A stretch of DNA of 63,401 nucleotides, the filler included, from Octopus bimaculoides (Eukaryota): the NCBI RefSeq assembly GCF_001194135.2. It is 7 parts of 7 records of this genome, joined end to end, with 100 filler letters (N's around TTAATTAATTAA, not from the genome) between each part and the next. Parts side by side here need not be neighbours in the genome. Positions count along the whole stretch, not along the records: positions 1 to 22,034 come from NC_068986.1; 6 more parts are not named here. The stretch is one strand, 5' to 3'. A program made the translations under genes and the position numbers. Below, piece by piece: positions 1 to 12,077 of this stretch (position 1 is the stretch's first letter; every line of letters starts with the position of its first letter). The notes below the pieces were generated by a model. That model searched no databases, was not told the origin of the DNA, and saw only the letters and a program-made list of their open reading frames with translations.

Positions 1-490
1 CATACTGATATACATATATAATACACACATATACATTCACGTTTGAATATTTCTTCCGTCTGATTGGAACTATATGTTGAAGGTTTTAATTCTTAATATA
101 ACAAAAAATACACACAATATAAAGTCACATACACAAACATAAGAACATGTACACTTAACAACGGCAGAACAAGAAAGAAACATTTATACAAATCCAGTCA
201 CACTTCAACAGAAACTTCTTTTATACGGTTATTTGATTATAATACATTTATTTACTTGGTATACATTATAATACATGTATGTAACGTGTTGTTCGCACAG
301 AGAATCGAGTGCTCAAGCTGAATCAGTTGAGTGCAGCTATTATTTTGTAAGATGAGAAATAACATGTCATATATTCATTACAACTCAAAGGAGCTTCTTG
401 CCTTACGTTAAGTATGACTATGAGCAATTACGTGCCTGAAAGATTCTTGAAGTTAAATACATACATACACACTCACACACATAAACACGT

Positions 491-496
<6 letters not shown>

Positions 497-562
<66 letters not shown>
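497..562. repeat. (CA)n microsatellite running into an assembly gap; representative of many (CA)n, (TA)n, (TACA)n, (GATA)n and (TAA)n tracts across the window
   Basis: Directly visible dinucleotide run followed by N 563-1527. Confidence 0.98.
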
Positions 563-1527
563 NNNNNNNNNNNNNNNNNNNNNNNNNNNNNNNNNNNNNN
601 NNNNNNNNNNNNNNNNNNNNNNNNNNNNNNNNNNNNNNNNNNNNNNNNNNNNNNNNNNNNNNNNNNNNNNNNNNNNNNNNNNNNNNNNNNNNNNNNNNNN
701 NNNNNNNNNNNNNNNNNNNNNNNNNNNNNNNNNNNNNNNNNNNNNNNNNNNNNNNNNNNNNNNNNNNNNNNNNNNNNNNNNNNNNNNNNNNNNNNNNNNN
801 NNNNNNNNNNNNNNNNNNNNNNNNNNNNNNNNNNNNNNNNNNNNNNNNNNNNNNNNNNNNNNNNNNNNNNNNNNNNNNNNNNNNNNNNNNNNNNNNNNNN
901 NNNNNNNNNNNNNNNNNNNNNNNNNNNNNNNNNNNNNNNNNNNNNNNNNNNNNNNNNNNNNNNNNNNNNNNNNNNNNNNNNNNNNNNNNNNNNNNNNNNN
1001 NNNNNNNNNNNNNNNNNNNNNNNNNNNNNNNNNNNNNNNNNNNNNNNNNNNNNNNNNNNNNNNNNNNNNNNNNNNNNNNNNNNNNNNNNNNNNNNNNNNN
1101 NNNNNNNNNNNNNNNNNNNNNNNNNNNNNNNNNNNNNNNNNNNNNNNNNNNNNNNNNNNNNNNNNNNNNNNNNNNNNNNNNNNNNNNNNNNNNNNNNNNN
1201 NNNNNNNNNNNNNNNNNNNNNNNNNNNNNNNNNNNNNNNNNNNNNNNNNNNNNNNNNNNNNNNNNNNNNNNNNNNNNNNNNNNNNNNNNNNNNNNNNNNN
1301 NNNNNNNNNNNNNNNNNNNNNNNNNNNNNNNNNNNNNNNNNNNNNNNNNNNNNNNNNNNNNNNNNNNNNNNNNNNNNNNNNNNNNNNNNNNNNNNNNNNN
1401 NNNNNNNNNNNNNNNNNNNNNNNNNNNNNNNNNNNNNNNNNNNNNNNNNNNNNNNNNNNNNNNNNNNNNNNNNNNNNNNNNNNNNNNNNNNNNNNNNNNN
1501 NNNNNNNNNNNNNNNNNNNNNNNNNNN

Positions 1528-1693
1528 AAATACGGGAACGTGGACAGGGATTATTTTTGATCATATTTCTGCTCATCCGAATGTGACCGTGGTTGAACAG
1601 AGACAAAAAGAGCGCCGGGAAGTGACTGGTCCTTGTCTAGGAGAGTATTTTTGAACGAGGTGCCAGTCCAATGTATGGTTGACCTCAGCACTC
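1528..1693 (-). mobile_element. SINE-like repeat fragment, inverted relative to the copy at 2256-2386
   Basis: Aligns by eye (roughly 80%) to the reverse complement of 2256-2386 and carries an extra ~35 bp. Contains a 'catacattggactggcacctcgttc' motif resembling V-SINE-type 3' domains. Confidence 0.55.
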
Positions 1694-1727
<34 letters not shown>

Positions 1728-2255
1728 GCGCGCACGCAAGTTATTATAGCTTTAGTTGGAAAGTCTTTGGTCATAGGTCTGTTTGCTCAGTCTGGGATGA
1801 AGTGCGATTAAACCACAACCACTAACACAGCAACAACGAAGTTTTAATAGATTTTGTCTTCGCACTTTTACTGCTATTCTTGCTAGTATTCTGAAAAGTA
1901 ACTGGGGAATCAATCATTCATCGAAATTTGTGAGAGAATAGGCCAAATTAGTGCAAATTCTTTAAAGATGTTCTTCACGTTTTCTCTTTGTCATTAAATT
2001 AATTTCTTGTTTTAGATCTGACTTTAACAGAAATGAGATATAATATCTAATGTGACATTCAATACATTTGCTAGCTTCTCTTTCATCTTTTATTCAGAGA
2101 TAGAGTGGCAGTTTACACAATGTTTTGTCGTCTTGAGTGTGGGTAAGGCGAGATGACTCGTACCTAGAGTGTTTCGTTCATATTTGTAAAGTCATTGGTT
2201 CGATTACTAGACGGAGTACTTAAATTCATGTTGGTCCAGTCTGTCGGCTATAAAT

Positions 2256-2386
2256 GAGTGCTGGGGCCAACCATGCATTGGACTGGCACCTCGTCCAAAA
2301 ATAGTCTCCTAGACAAGGCACAGCCGCTTCCCAACGCTCTTTTGTTCTCTGATCAAAAATAATACCTGTCACACGTTCCCATATTT
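2256..2386 (+). mobile_element. SINE-like repeat fragment
   Basis: gagtgctggggccaaccatgcattggactggcacctcgtcc...; paralogous to 1528-1693. Confidence 0.55.
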
Positions 2387-4599
2387 CTAGTTTTATTTCT
2401 CCGTTTAGATTGTTTATTGTGTCCTTTTCAGTCCCCAAGTGACAGAAGGTTATGTTCTGAGAGAGGTTTGGCCACTATTTCTACCAGGGCAAATAAACAT
2501 TCGGAGACTAAATCGTAACCAGGGCTGCCAGATTAGGCTTACAACAAGTAGCAGATTAGAACGCTTCTTTCTACGTTAGCACGATAGTATCTTCTTAAGT
2601 TTAGGCAACTTCCTGCTTTTAAATTTTAATTTGTAAAATGTAAGAAACCTATTAAATATCATTTCTTAATAATCAACAAAGTATATTAGGACCGACGTAC
2701 AACCACGTGTGTGTGTACAACATTTCTATTCGTTGAATGCGAGACATAAAGTACATGACTCAAATAAAAAAAAGTTATGTAAATCTTTCATTTCATTTGA
2801 GGTAGCTGGATACAAGCTATATGAAAAGGTTAATACTGATAGTACCGCAAATATATCGTTTTCATTTATGAAATTTCATGCTTAGATTTAAGTAACAGGA
2901 ATCACACCTGATACATACATACATACATACATACATACATACATACATACATACATACATACATAATTTATTACGAGCAAAATTTTCGTTCTGGCTTATT
3001 TTCTAATATAAAACGCGATTTTTCGAAAATGTTCTACTAATTTTTATAAAATTGATATAGCTATAGCTTGTTTGTAGGTTAATGTAATAGGAAACTTCGT
3101 ATCAAGATATCAAATTATCGTAAGAGATAGTTTGAATGTTTGCATCAGAATGGTTTCTGCTAGAAGATACTCAAGGTGGTGTTCGATCGGATGGCCAATT
3201 AGTCCCACCATCCAAGAAGATGTGGTGCAATCCAACAAGTTTTTGAACTAAACATGAATTGATCCGATGCTATGAAAGAAGATGTTTCTCAGCGTGTAAT
3301 GCAGGGGAAAACGAAACAAGAACCGTGTGATTACAAAGCGAATTTTCTAACCACTCAGCCAAGCCTGAGCTTGAGAAATTGGAAAAACAGGCAGATCAAC
3401 CAATCCTTATCAATCACGTAGCTCATAACTGTAGATTTTTAAAAAATGTATAAATATTGTAAATGAATAGCGAATTACTTAAAAATAAATAGAATATATT
3501 TGTCACGAGGAAATTCGATATTATAAAACTTTGTATAAATCTATTCGAGATCAGAGCAAATAAAGAACGAAAACCGAATAAATTGCTTGAGAGATGAATA
3601 TATTGATATAAATACTGACTGATATGAATTGAATTGACAAAGAATCTATATGAAATAAATTAGTAAATTAGTATTTAAAATACACACACACATAACAGTT
3701 CTTTATTAGTTATGAAAATTAACTGTCCAGCATTAAAGGAAAGTCAACTTGAATTTAAATGCAATTAGCCATTATAAGAAGTTGGTTGTTTTTGTTGCTG
3801 TTTTTAACTGCAGGTCAGCTGCTATCAAGCAGACTTATGATCCAAGGCGTTACAACCGTGACTATCCTGTCCTTTGTGTGCATTTATGACTACATTGGTA
3901 AATGTGTGCTTCTCCTCCGACTACCATTTTTTGGCCGATTTAGCTGCTATTTCTCACTTGTTGGCTCGTAAATACAAATCTGGTGTTTATAGTTGCTAGA
4001 TATGTGTATCAATAAAAGTACAGATTCTAAGTATTTTTCAGACTCCTAAATTTAAGTTGTTTGATATTCATGCATCCTGGAAACAACACGGGTGAATCTT
4101 GTTTTTTAAACGGTTAATCCTGATAATACTGCTACGAAATCAATAAGCATAAAAGAAATCAATAATTATTTCTTTTGATCAAGCATGTGGCATTGATTTT
4201 ACTGAACGAATATATAATACTCTAGTGTGATTGACGTCTCTATTTTGTCTTCACTCAGTTTGGAACCGCAGCCAGATCGTGGACCCGGCTCAACCACAAT
4301 TTATTTCGAGTACCTGTAGCACTTTCTACGAGGTATCGGGTGAGCCAATATTTTGTAAGCACACTACCTGCTTGAAATGTTTGCCAAATTTCCCACAAAT
4401 CACATTCCAGTCTTAGATAATAACATACTCTAGCTAATTTAACTCGACACACAAACATACGCATAAAAAAAACAAATAAAATCTGGTTAGAATACCTATG
4501 ATCTAAGTTCTACTCCTCCAGTGTTGACCAGGTATTAAATAACAACGAAATAATGTTCGGTATTGAAGATACCAATAATAATTATTTCTAATTTAGTAC

Positions 4600-4770
4600 A
4601 AGGCCATCAATTTGGAGCGGAGAGGATTAGTCAACGCCATCGAGTCCAGTACTTGAGTACTACAATAATACTTTATCTTAGTGACCCCGAAAGGATGAAG
4701 GGAAGAACCGAGAACGTAAAGAACCGGAACAAATATTGCAAAGCATTTTGTCTGATACTCTAACGATTTA
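4600..4770 (-). mobile_element. tRNA-derived SINE, family A (Meta-domain-like), degenerate
   Basis: gaccccgaaaggatgaag...agaacgtaaag...gcattttgtc...ctaacgatt matches the better copies at 23625-23820 and 44946-45148. Confidence 0.75.
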
Positions 4771-5649
4771 GCCAAGAATATTAAAAAAAATTTCTCAATG
4801 TCCAATGTTTGAAATCAGTGAAAGAATAAAGACAGAAAAGTAGCTGCCATAACAAGGAAGAAAGAAAATCACTTTCAGCTGTATAAGAAATCACCTGCAG
4901 ATCGATATTTGAGCAGAGGAAAAGTCAAAACGGAGAAAAACAACAAATGTAACAAGTAACAACACGTGGTCCATCGATCTGTCTGAAACCAACCAAATTT
5001 CTTCAAGTCGCACGCTACGAACAAACAAGGGAGTTTCTATGTGTGGCTCAATCAGCAAGAAATACAACCAAATCACCCACAAATTACACATTACCTTCTT
5101 ACTAAGGAGAAAAAAAGTCGAGATGGTCACGACTGAAATGCCTTTGATTATAGGTCTGCTCGATCGAAACTGACTTTTGGGTAAAACACGACAGCAACTC
5201 TTATCCTACTGTCTTAAGGCAAGAGAAAGGACGTTGAACAATTGTCCAGTACTATCAATTGCATAGCCCTCAAATAATTTCCCCTTTAAGCTCATGGCCA
5301 AGGGATGGATTATATATAACTCCTATTACTTGGTTGGTACCTTATCTTATTGACCTCGGAACACTAAAAGGCAGAGATGACTTCAACGCGATGCCAGCTA
5401 CTTCGTTTCGCGCTAAAAGTCAATACATTGCACTTCAAATGATAGTATTCATCCTCATCATATAGAAAAGAAAACGATAATGTATCTCCTATACAATAAT
5501 GAACAAATGGAAAAAGATATTTTTTTCCTGCTCAATTTTACAGATGAACATAAAACGAAAGAAAACATCTGGCAACAAGTAGCAAATAAAAACATAAATT
5601 CTAGACCTGTTCCAGTGCAAACTCACTGACGGAAACTAATTAAGAAATA

Positions 5650-5684
<35 letters not shown>

Positions 5685-6911
5685 GCAAACACACACATAC
5701 ATGTGTATGTGCGTTAGCCAATACTTTTTGAAAAAACTTTTGGAGAATGATAAACAATAGCTAGATAATTTGACTTAACTGTTTACATTTACTTAATTAC
5801 CAAAGTTTTTTTTTTAATTTTATTCAAATTTATTTTTTATTTATTTAATCTCCAACACAGTTCATCCAGAAAGCAGGAAGGTAAAATTGACATAGAATCT
5901 TACGGTTAGTTTAATACAAAACTAGTATTTAATTAAAGAGAATTCTTATAAGTGTAATTGTAAACCGGCAAGTTGTTGTTATACTCAAAATGTGAATGGC
6001 AAATAGGTAAATTATAAAGTTGCACGCAGCCCCATCAACTCTAGCACCATTACACATTCAAACCAGACCCATATGTGAAATAGTCTATACAAATTCTCAT
6101 GTTGATAACAGGTGTATCAAAACGCAAAAACAAAGACAAATTACAGCAAATATAAAAATTGAAATAAAAAACACATTCAGCTAGAATCGCTCTGTTGTAT
6201 TGAATATATTCGGAGGATGGTTAACATGTAGTAGATTTTGAAAATAGGTTTTCACTTTTTTTTTTATATATATATAATACTCTTGCGTGTGAGAGAGAAA
6301 CCGAATGTTGTTTTTATCAAAATATGGAATATTCTACCTGTTTCTAAAAGGAAATCCCGAATCACTGATTTCATTTCAAACAACGGACCTCTAAGATGAA
6401 GGAGACCAATTGGCCTGCAAGAAACAACAACCAAAACTCTCTCAAAAGACACCTTATTGTATTTTAAAACAGGAAAAACACTAGATAACGTACTCCTAGA
6501 TAAACTGACGGTCGTGATCTGAATGGTGTTAATCATAATCTTGAACACACCTGATTTGGAAGTTATAAACCACAATACCTCTAAAGAAAGATAAATAAAT
6601 AACAATGACGTTTCAGTAGGATTTGATATCAGAATGAAATGACACCTAACAAAATGCCACAAGTTTTGTTTTTGTTTACCTAACACACTTGCAGCTCTGC
6701 TCTCACTTCCAGTGCAATGTATATTTTATACAGTTATAGTGCATCTCCAATGCGCTATAATTCTTTGGACTATCTCTATTAGCCAGTTTTTTTTTGTACT
6801 CACTATGTAACACATGTTAGTTATACCCTACTATACAACTCCATTGAGTTATTTTCCTGTCACCCATATTCAAGATATTCATAACCTGAACAACTAGATT
6901 CTCACTGTACC

Positions 6912-6966
<55 letters not shown>

Positions 6967-7001
6967 ACCGTTCCTCGTCATTCCCAAGATATAACATTTC
7001 G

Positions 7002-7032
7002 CTGAGGAGGTCCAAGAAGACCGAAATATGTC
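7002..7032 (+). ncRNA. Degenerate minimal hammerhead-ribozyme-like motif
   Basis: CTGAGGA-GGTC-caagaa-GACC-GAAA-TATGTC gives the core, a 4-bp stem II and a GUC site. Stem I pairs poorly. Confidence 0.4.
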
Positions 7033-7304
7033 TGTTGCTTTCACCTGTTAGCTTAAAGACAAGATCCTCTTCCATGCTATATTTCGTGTGTCTCTGCTTG
7101 TATCAGAAGGAATTATTATTAAGGTGGTAAATAGGGATTATTATTAAGGTGGTCGTTAGACATCAACATCGCTTGTGTGACGGCAATGTTCATTTACAAC
7201 CATTCCGTGATTTGAAAAGGTCATACACAAACACACACGCACACAAACACACACAAAAACGCACACACACGCATGCACGCACGCACGCACACACACACAC
7301 ACGA

Positions 7305-7470
7305 CGGACTACTTTCAGTAACCGTTTACAAAATCCATTTACAATCTTTGACTAACTTGAAGCTGTTGTAGAAGACCCTTGCCCAGGGAGCGCTGCAATG
7401 GGATTGAACCCGAAACTACGTGGTTGGGTAGCAAGCTTCTTAATCATACAGCTACCACTGCGCTTGTACA
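7305..7470 (-). mobile_element. CORE-SINE-like element, family B (5' half)
   Basis: Reverse complement of the family B head and CORE-like segment (tagaagacccttgcccaggg...gggattgaacccgaaactacgtggttgggtagcaagcttctt). Confidence 0.75.
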
Positions 7471-7844
7471 TACATTTATATAATATACATGTGTGTGCGT
7501 GTGTGTGTATGTGTGTGTGTGTGCATGTGTACGTGTGTGTGTGTGTGTGTGTGTATGTGTGCGTGTGTTTGTTCATACCAGTAATACATTGATCCGTTAT
7601 CTATTTACTATAAAGTACTACATACAAGACTTTAGCCTTTTCACTATTCCGAAAAATAAAGAAGGAAAGAAAATCAATATTTGATCTACGCTTATTCTAA
7701 CTTGAGTTATTACCCCGCTTGCTCTATCACTAAGCAATATATTTTGTCGAAATTGCTTGTCTGTAGTATGTCTTTCAGGAGACTCCTTCTGAACTAGCGT
7801 CAGATTTCATTATCTCATGGATACTTTATTAATTATTTTGAAAA

Positions 7845-7949
7845 GTATTACCCCTTCATTTTCCTTGTTCTCAAAGTCCATCCTTCATGAGTCTGTACAT
7901 TTAATTACGCAGCCAATCAGGCGTCCGTCTTTTCAATAGTAAAATGGCG
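7845..7949 (+). promoter_or_regulatory. Promoter-like module 1: CCAAT box plus YY1-like motif
   Basis: cagccaatcaggcg at 7910-7923 fits the NF-Y consensus; aaaatggcg at 7941-7949. Followed by a (CT)n tract. Confidence 0.3.
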
Positions 7950-9372
7950 TTTATTCTCTTTCCTTCTCAGGCGTCTCTCTCTCTCTCTCTCTCTCTATCT
8001 CTCACACACACACTTCTTTCTTTCAGTAGCTCTACAGTATTTCGTTGTTGTTCTTTCACTTATTCAGCTTGCTTTTTCTCAATCACCCACTGCATTTAAA
8101 CCAGCATTGACGGCTCCACCCCACATGCCATCTTTATGTCAGTGATCAAAAGCTAAATAAGAAATGATACCGAAACTTCTTTTATTGCAGTGAAGGATGT
8201 CGAAAGAGTTGTTGGATGGAATGACCCAGATATTACTAGTACTTGTTTTTCTGATTCCGTGAAGTCAGCATCCGATGGAATATTGTTGGTGAAGCGATGA
8301 TTCTTAATCAAGTGGACACTTGAAACACCACTGAAGGATCCACTAAATCCTAATATTACAGAGAAGACTATCTTACAGAGCTTTTATCACGGTGTAACAA
8401 TGAAACAGCCTCTGTGTTTGCTCGATCTGACAGAAATAAGAAATAAATCTCAATTGAATCACACATTACCATCTTTTACAAAAAGGCACATTGGATAATG
8501 TACTCTTAGATACATTACTTCTATAAAAAAAAAAACAGACGAGTTGGTCACAGTTATAACATCTCCGATGATATGTTAAACAGCAACAACATGTCCTAGC
8601 GGTCCATAATCACTCTAAATTCAACACAAGCGAACAGTAAATTTCAGTAATTCATGACAAATCATATGCTAAAATTATAGTCTCCTAGCCCCTATCCATT
8701 GCATGAACATAGTAAGAACGTTGAGCGACTGTCTCGAATACAACGTAGCATTACTCGGGTGATCAGATAAAGGCCACCGTGATTCAGTACTGCTACTTTC
8801 CCATGCAAATAGTTCATTTGTTATATATGTGTGTGTTTGTATGTGTGTTTGTATGAATGTGTTTTTGTATGTATGTGTATATAAATCGAACTTAAGACAA
8901 AACATGAAAACATCTGCTACAGTAACCAGAACAATCAAAAACATTCGATTTGTTAGGAACAGCAACCATTTGCCCCTGAAATCATCCAACCGAAAGGAAA
9001 GGTGGTAATACAGTGTACCTATCGCTACAAGAGTTACATTATATTTCAAAAACAAGATGAGATAGTCCAAGCTAGAATACATTTGATTATAGCTCCACTG
9101 TATCACTGGCTGACATGGAGCTAAACAACAACCTCGACTCCGAGGAACCTTCTTTCTGATCGCTCTTCCTACTAGAAATAGCAGCTTAATCTCTCTTAAC
9201 ATTATTCTAATTCTCTTGCAAAGTAAATGACTAGTTGTTGGTTTCCGTTTCTCCTACCCTTACTGCCTCTCTTCCGGTTTCCCTCTTATTCTTTATTCCT
9301 CTAAAACACCCAGAGAAGCTTTCAAGTTAAAAAAAAAAATCTTGAATGCTGTATTAATAATTTTTCATAAAT

Positions 9373-9444
9373 TATTACCCTTTCGCTCCCTTTGTTACAT
9401 CCCCTATGAGCCAGTACATTTAATTAAACAGCCAATCAGGCGTC
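9373..9444 (+). promoter_or_regulatory. Promoter-like module 2, paralogous to 7845-7925
   Basis: attaccc...gtacatttaatta..cagccaatcaggcgtc is shared with module 1 and is also followed by (CT)n. Confidence 0.3.
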
Positions 9445-9509
9445 TATATCTCACCACTGAAATAGCATTCAGTCTGCCGGTTTCCTAGCTACCCCGACAA
9501 CTCACTCTC

Positions 9510-9562
<53 letters not shown>

Positions 9563-10657
9563 ATTACACCACCCCGACCCAATAGGTTCCGGCTGTTTCC
9601 CTTATGCTCTTGCCTTCTTATCTTCTACTAGTTATATTGTTTTTGCCCTCCCCTTTTCTTTCTCTCTAGATGTGCAACATACGTATGTAAGCATGAGTAT
9701 GTGTGTGAGTGTATGTGTGTATGTGTACGTATGTGTATATACATATATATATGCATACAATTTGTACTTATATACACATATACAAGCATGCCTCCTGCGT
9801 TATTGCTACATCAGTTTACGAGATACCACATTTTCGTAAATTGTAAGGAGTGACCAGAAACTTTGCAATATGGTCTGTAATTTCACAGCTACAGAAACTT
9901 GAATCAAATTAACAACTCACATTCTTCCCTTTCTTAGCCAAAAGCTTCTCGGTATTTTAGCTAGTTTACAATCTAACTTCTATAATCACAATGCATACAT
10001 TTATGTATATCCATATGTGCATGTGTTTTTATATTTTCTTGTCTAATAAAAAGTATATATATATNNNNNNNNNNNNNNNNNNNNNNNNNNNNNNNNNNNN
10101 NNNNNNNNNNNNNNNNNNNNNNNNNNNNNNNNNNNNNNNNNNNNNNNNNNNNNNNNNNNNNNNNNNNNNNNNNNNNNNNNNNNNNNNNNNNNNNNNNNNN
10201 NNNNNNNNNNNNNNNNNNNNNNNNNNNNNNNNNNNNNNNNNNNNNNNNNNNNNNNNNNNNNNNNNNNNNNNNNNNNNNNNNNNNATATATATATATATAC
10301 TGTATGTAAATCAATCTTCACAAACACCACTGTGTGTTACCAATTCCAAAACCAGTACAATCACAGTCATCGCTAACTCACCAACTCTTTCATGACCAAC
10401 AACTGCAATAAGAGAGCTATCTAAAATAAAAGAAAATGACTTGAGATAACGTGGTACCCTGTTGTATTTGAAAGTTGAATGAAATTTCTTTGGTCTTAAT
10501 TCTATGATGGTTGCGATTAAACATCAACAACAGTACCAATAACAAGAACAATATGACTATCACCATCACCAAAACCATCTATCAACCATCTTTTGAATTA
10601 AAGACAATGACATGACTGGCAACAACAACAACAGTATTAAGACAGTAATGTCTGTAG

Positions 10658-10744
<87 letters not shown>

Positions 10745-10959
10745 CGTGTGTGTGTGTGTGAGGGAGAGAGTAGAGTGTGGCATTTTTTATAGCTAAAGTC
10801 ATAGTTATAAGGGACGAAATCTTCAAGAACCTGGTAATATTTCAACTAACGGTAATCAATGTGTTTTGTTTCTAGAAAACAATTCTTCCCTGGTGATTCT
10901 TCTTCATATTTGTGATGGATCACTTGTGGATTTACAATTCAAGATACTTCGAAACAAAA

Positions 10960-11900
10960 CATCAGGTGAAACTGAAGGCATTAGTGCGAAAAGTAACCAT
11001 GAAGAGATTACACTGAATACCAAAAAGGCTTGATGTGAAAGAAATTATCAGCGACATTGCCAAAACATTAAAGGCTACACCATCTATATTGAGGACAATA
11101 CGTGACAATAGACATAAAAATTAAAACTCTTTTCGAAGAGTGGTTTACAAACACTTTTTGTTCTGCTCCAGTAATAAGATACAGTGTTAGACATATTTCC
11201 AGCAAAACCTTTGTTCCTTTAAGGCAATTCAACAAGCCACCTAATGAAATTAAATGAGCTTTCTAATAATATGAAAGTAGAATTTATCCCCAAGAATACA
11301 ACTGCTTTGGTTCAGCCACTATATTAAGATGAGATAACTAACTTCAAAGCTACATATTTGAGAACTAATGCAACATTGACAAGAAGGATAAGCCTGCAAT
11401 TATAGACTTCTGGATGATGTGGATAACATAGCTTTGTCATAAGATGAAGTGAAACCCTCAAATGTGGATGATGCTTGGGAAAATATATGGCCAGACAGCA
11501 TGAAATTTGGAAAGATATTGTGACACTTGCAAATGATGTAGGGTTTCAAGAAGTCATAAAGTAAATGATGTAGTTGAGTTGCTAGTGTCCCATAGAGAAC
11601 GTTTATCAATCAAAGAACTGATACTGTAAGAACAAGAGAAAGCTGAGAATATAAATGAAATTATGAAAATTCAACTAATTCTACTTAAATTGACTGCAAT
11701 GAATACTACTAAAAGTTTGGCAGTTATAGAATTGGGTCCGAGAGTTTTTGTTGACAACGAACCTAATAATGAACGTAACACACAAACTGCATGATGAGTT
11801 TACAATAAAATCTACCCCTGCGATGAGCTGTACAAAGAACTGTGGATAAGTTCTTCCCTGTTGAATCGAGTGTTGATGATGAACTATAAGATAGATATTT
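10960..11900 (+). mobile_element. pogo/Tigger-like DNA transposon relic, frameshifted and internally deleted
   Basis: Manual translation gives an N-terminal HTH-like stretch (ITLNTK..DIAKTLKATPSILRTIRDN), then KVEFIPKNTTALVQPL..ITNFKATYLR (compare FLPPNTTSLIQPMDQG..FKA.Y of DDE_1 transposases), then GFQEV..NDVVELLVSH. Confidence 0.7.
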
Positions 11901-12034
11901 CACTACTGCATAAATCTCTCTGAGAGATTTAGAAATGTATTATTTCTATTTTTGAAATCAGTGAATATACTTCACTAGAATTATTATATGTTTACAAGAG
12001 CTTGACAGGCATCTCCAACAGCAGGCCATGCTAC

Positions 12035-12077
12035 TCCAGACTGATGATGAGCAAAGACTCAGAAACTAGTATCTGGA
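12035..12077 (+). ncRNA. Minimal type I hammerhead ribozyme motif
   Basis: TCCAGA (stem I) CTGATGA TGAG-caaaga-CTCA (stem II) GAA ACTAGT (palindromic stem III) A TCTGGA (stem I'); predicted GUA cleavage triplet. Confidence 0.65.

Noticed and set aside
414-1606. Long ORFs of 240-400 aa here and at 24551-25786, 41962-43087, 54361-55432 and 60702-61597
   Set aside because: They are open only because they cross N gaps and microsatellites (poly-[13 protein letters not shown]).
8675-9202. 175-aa minus-strand ORF
   Set aside because: It overlaps a SINE-like tail and a (GT)-rich tract, with no domain signature.
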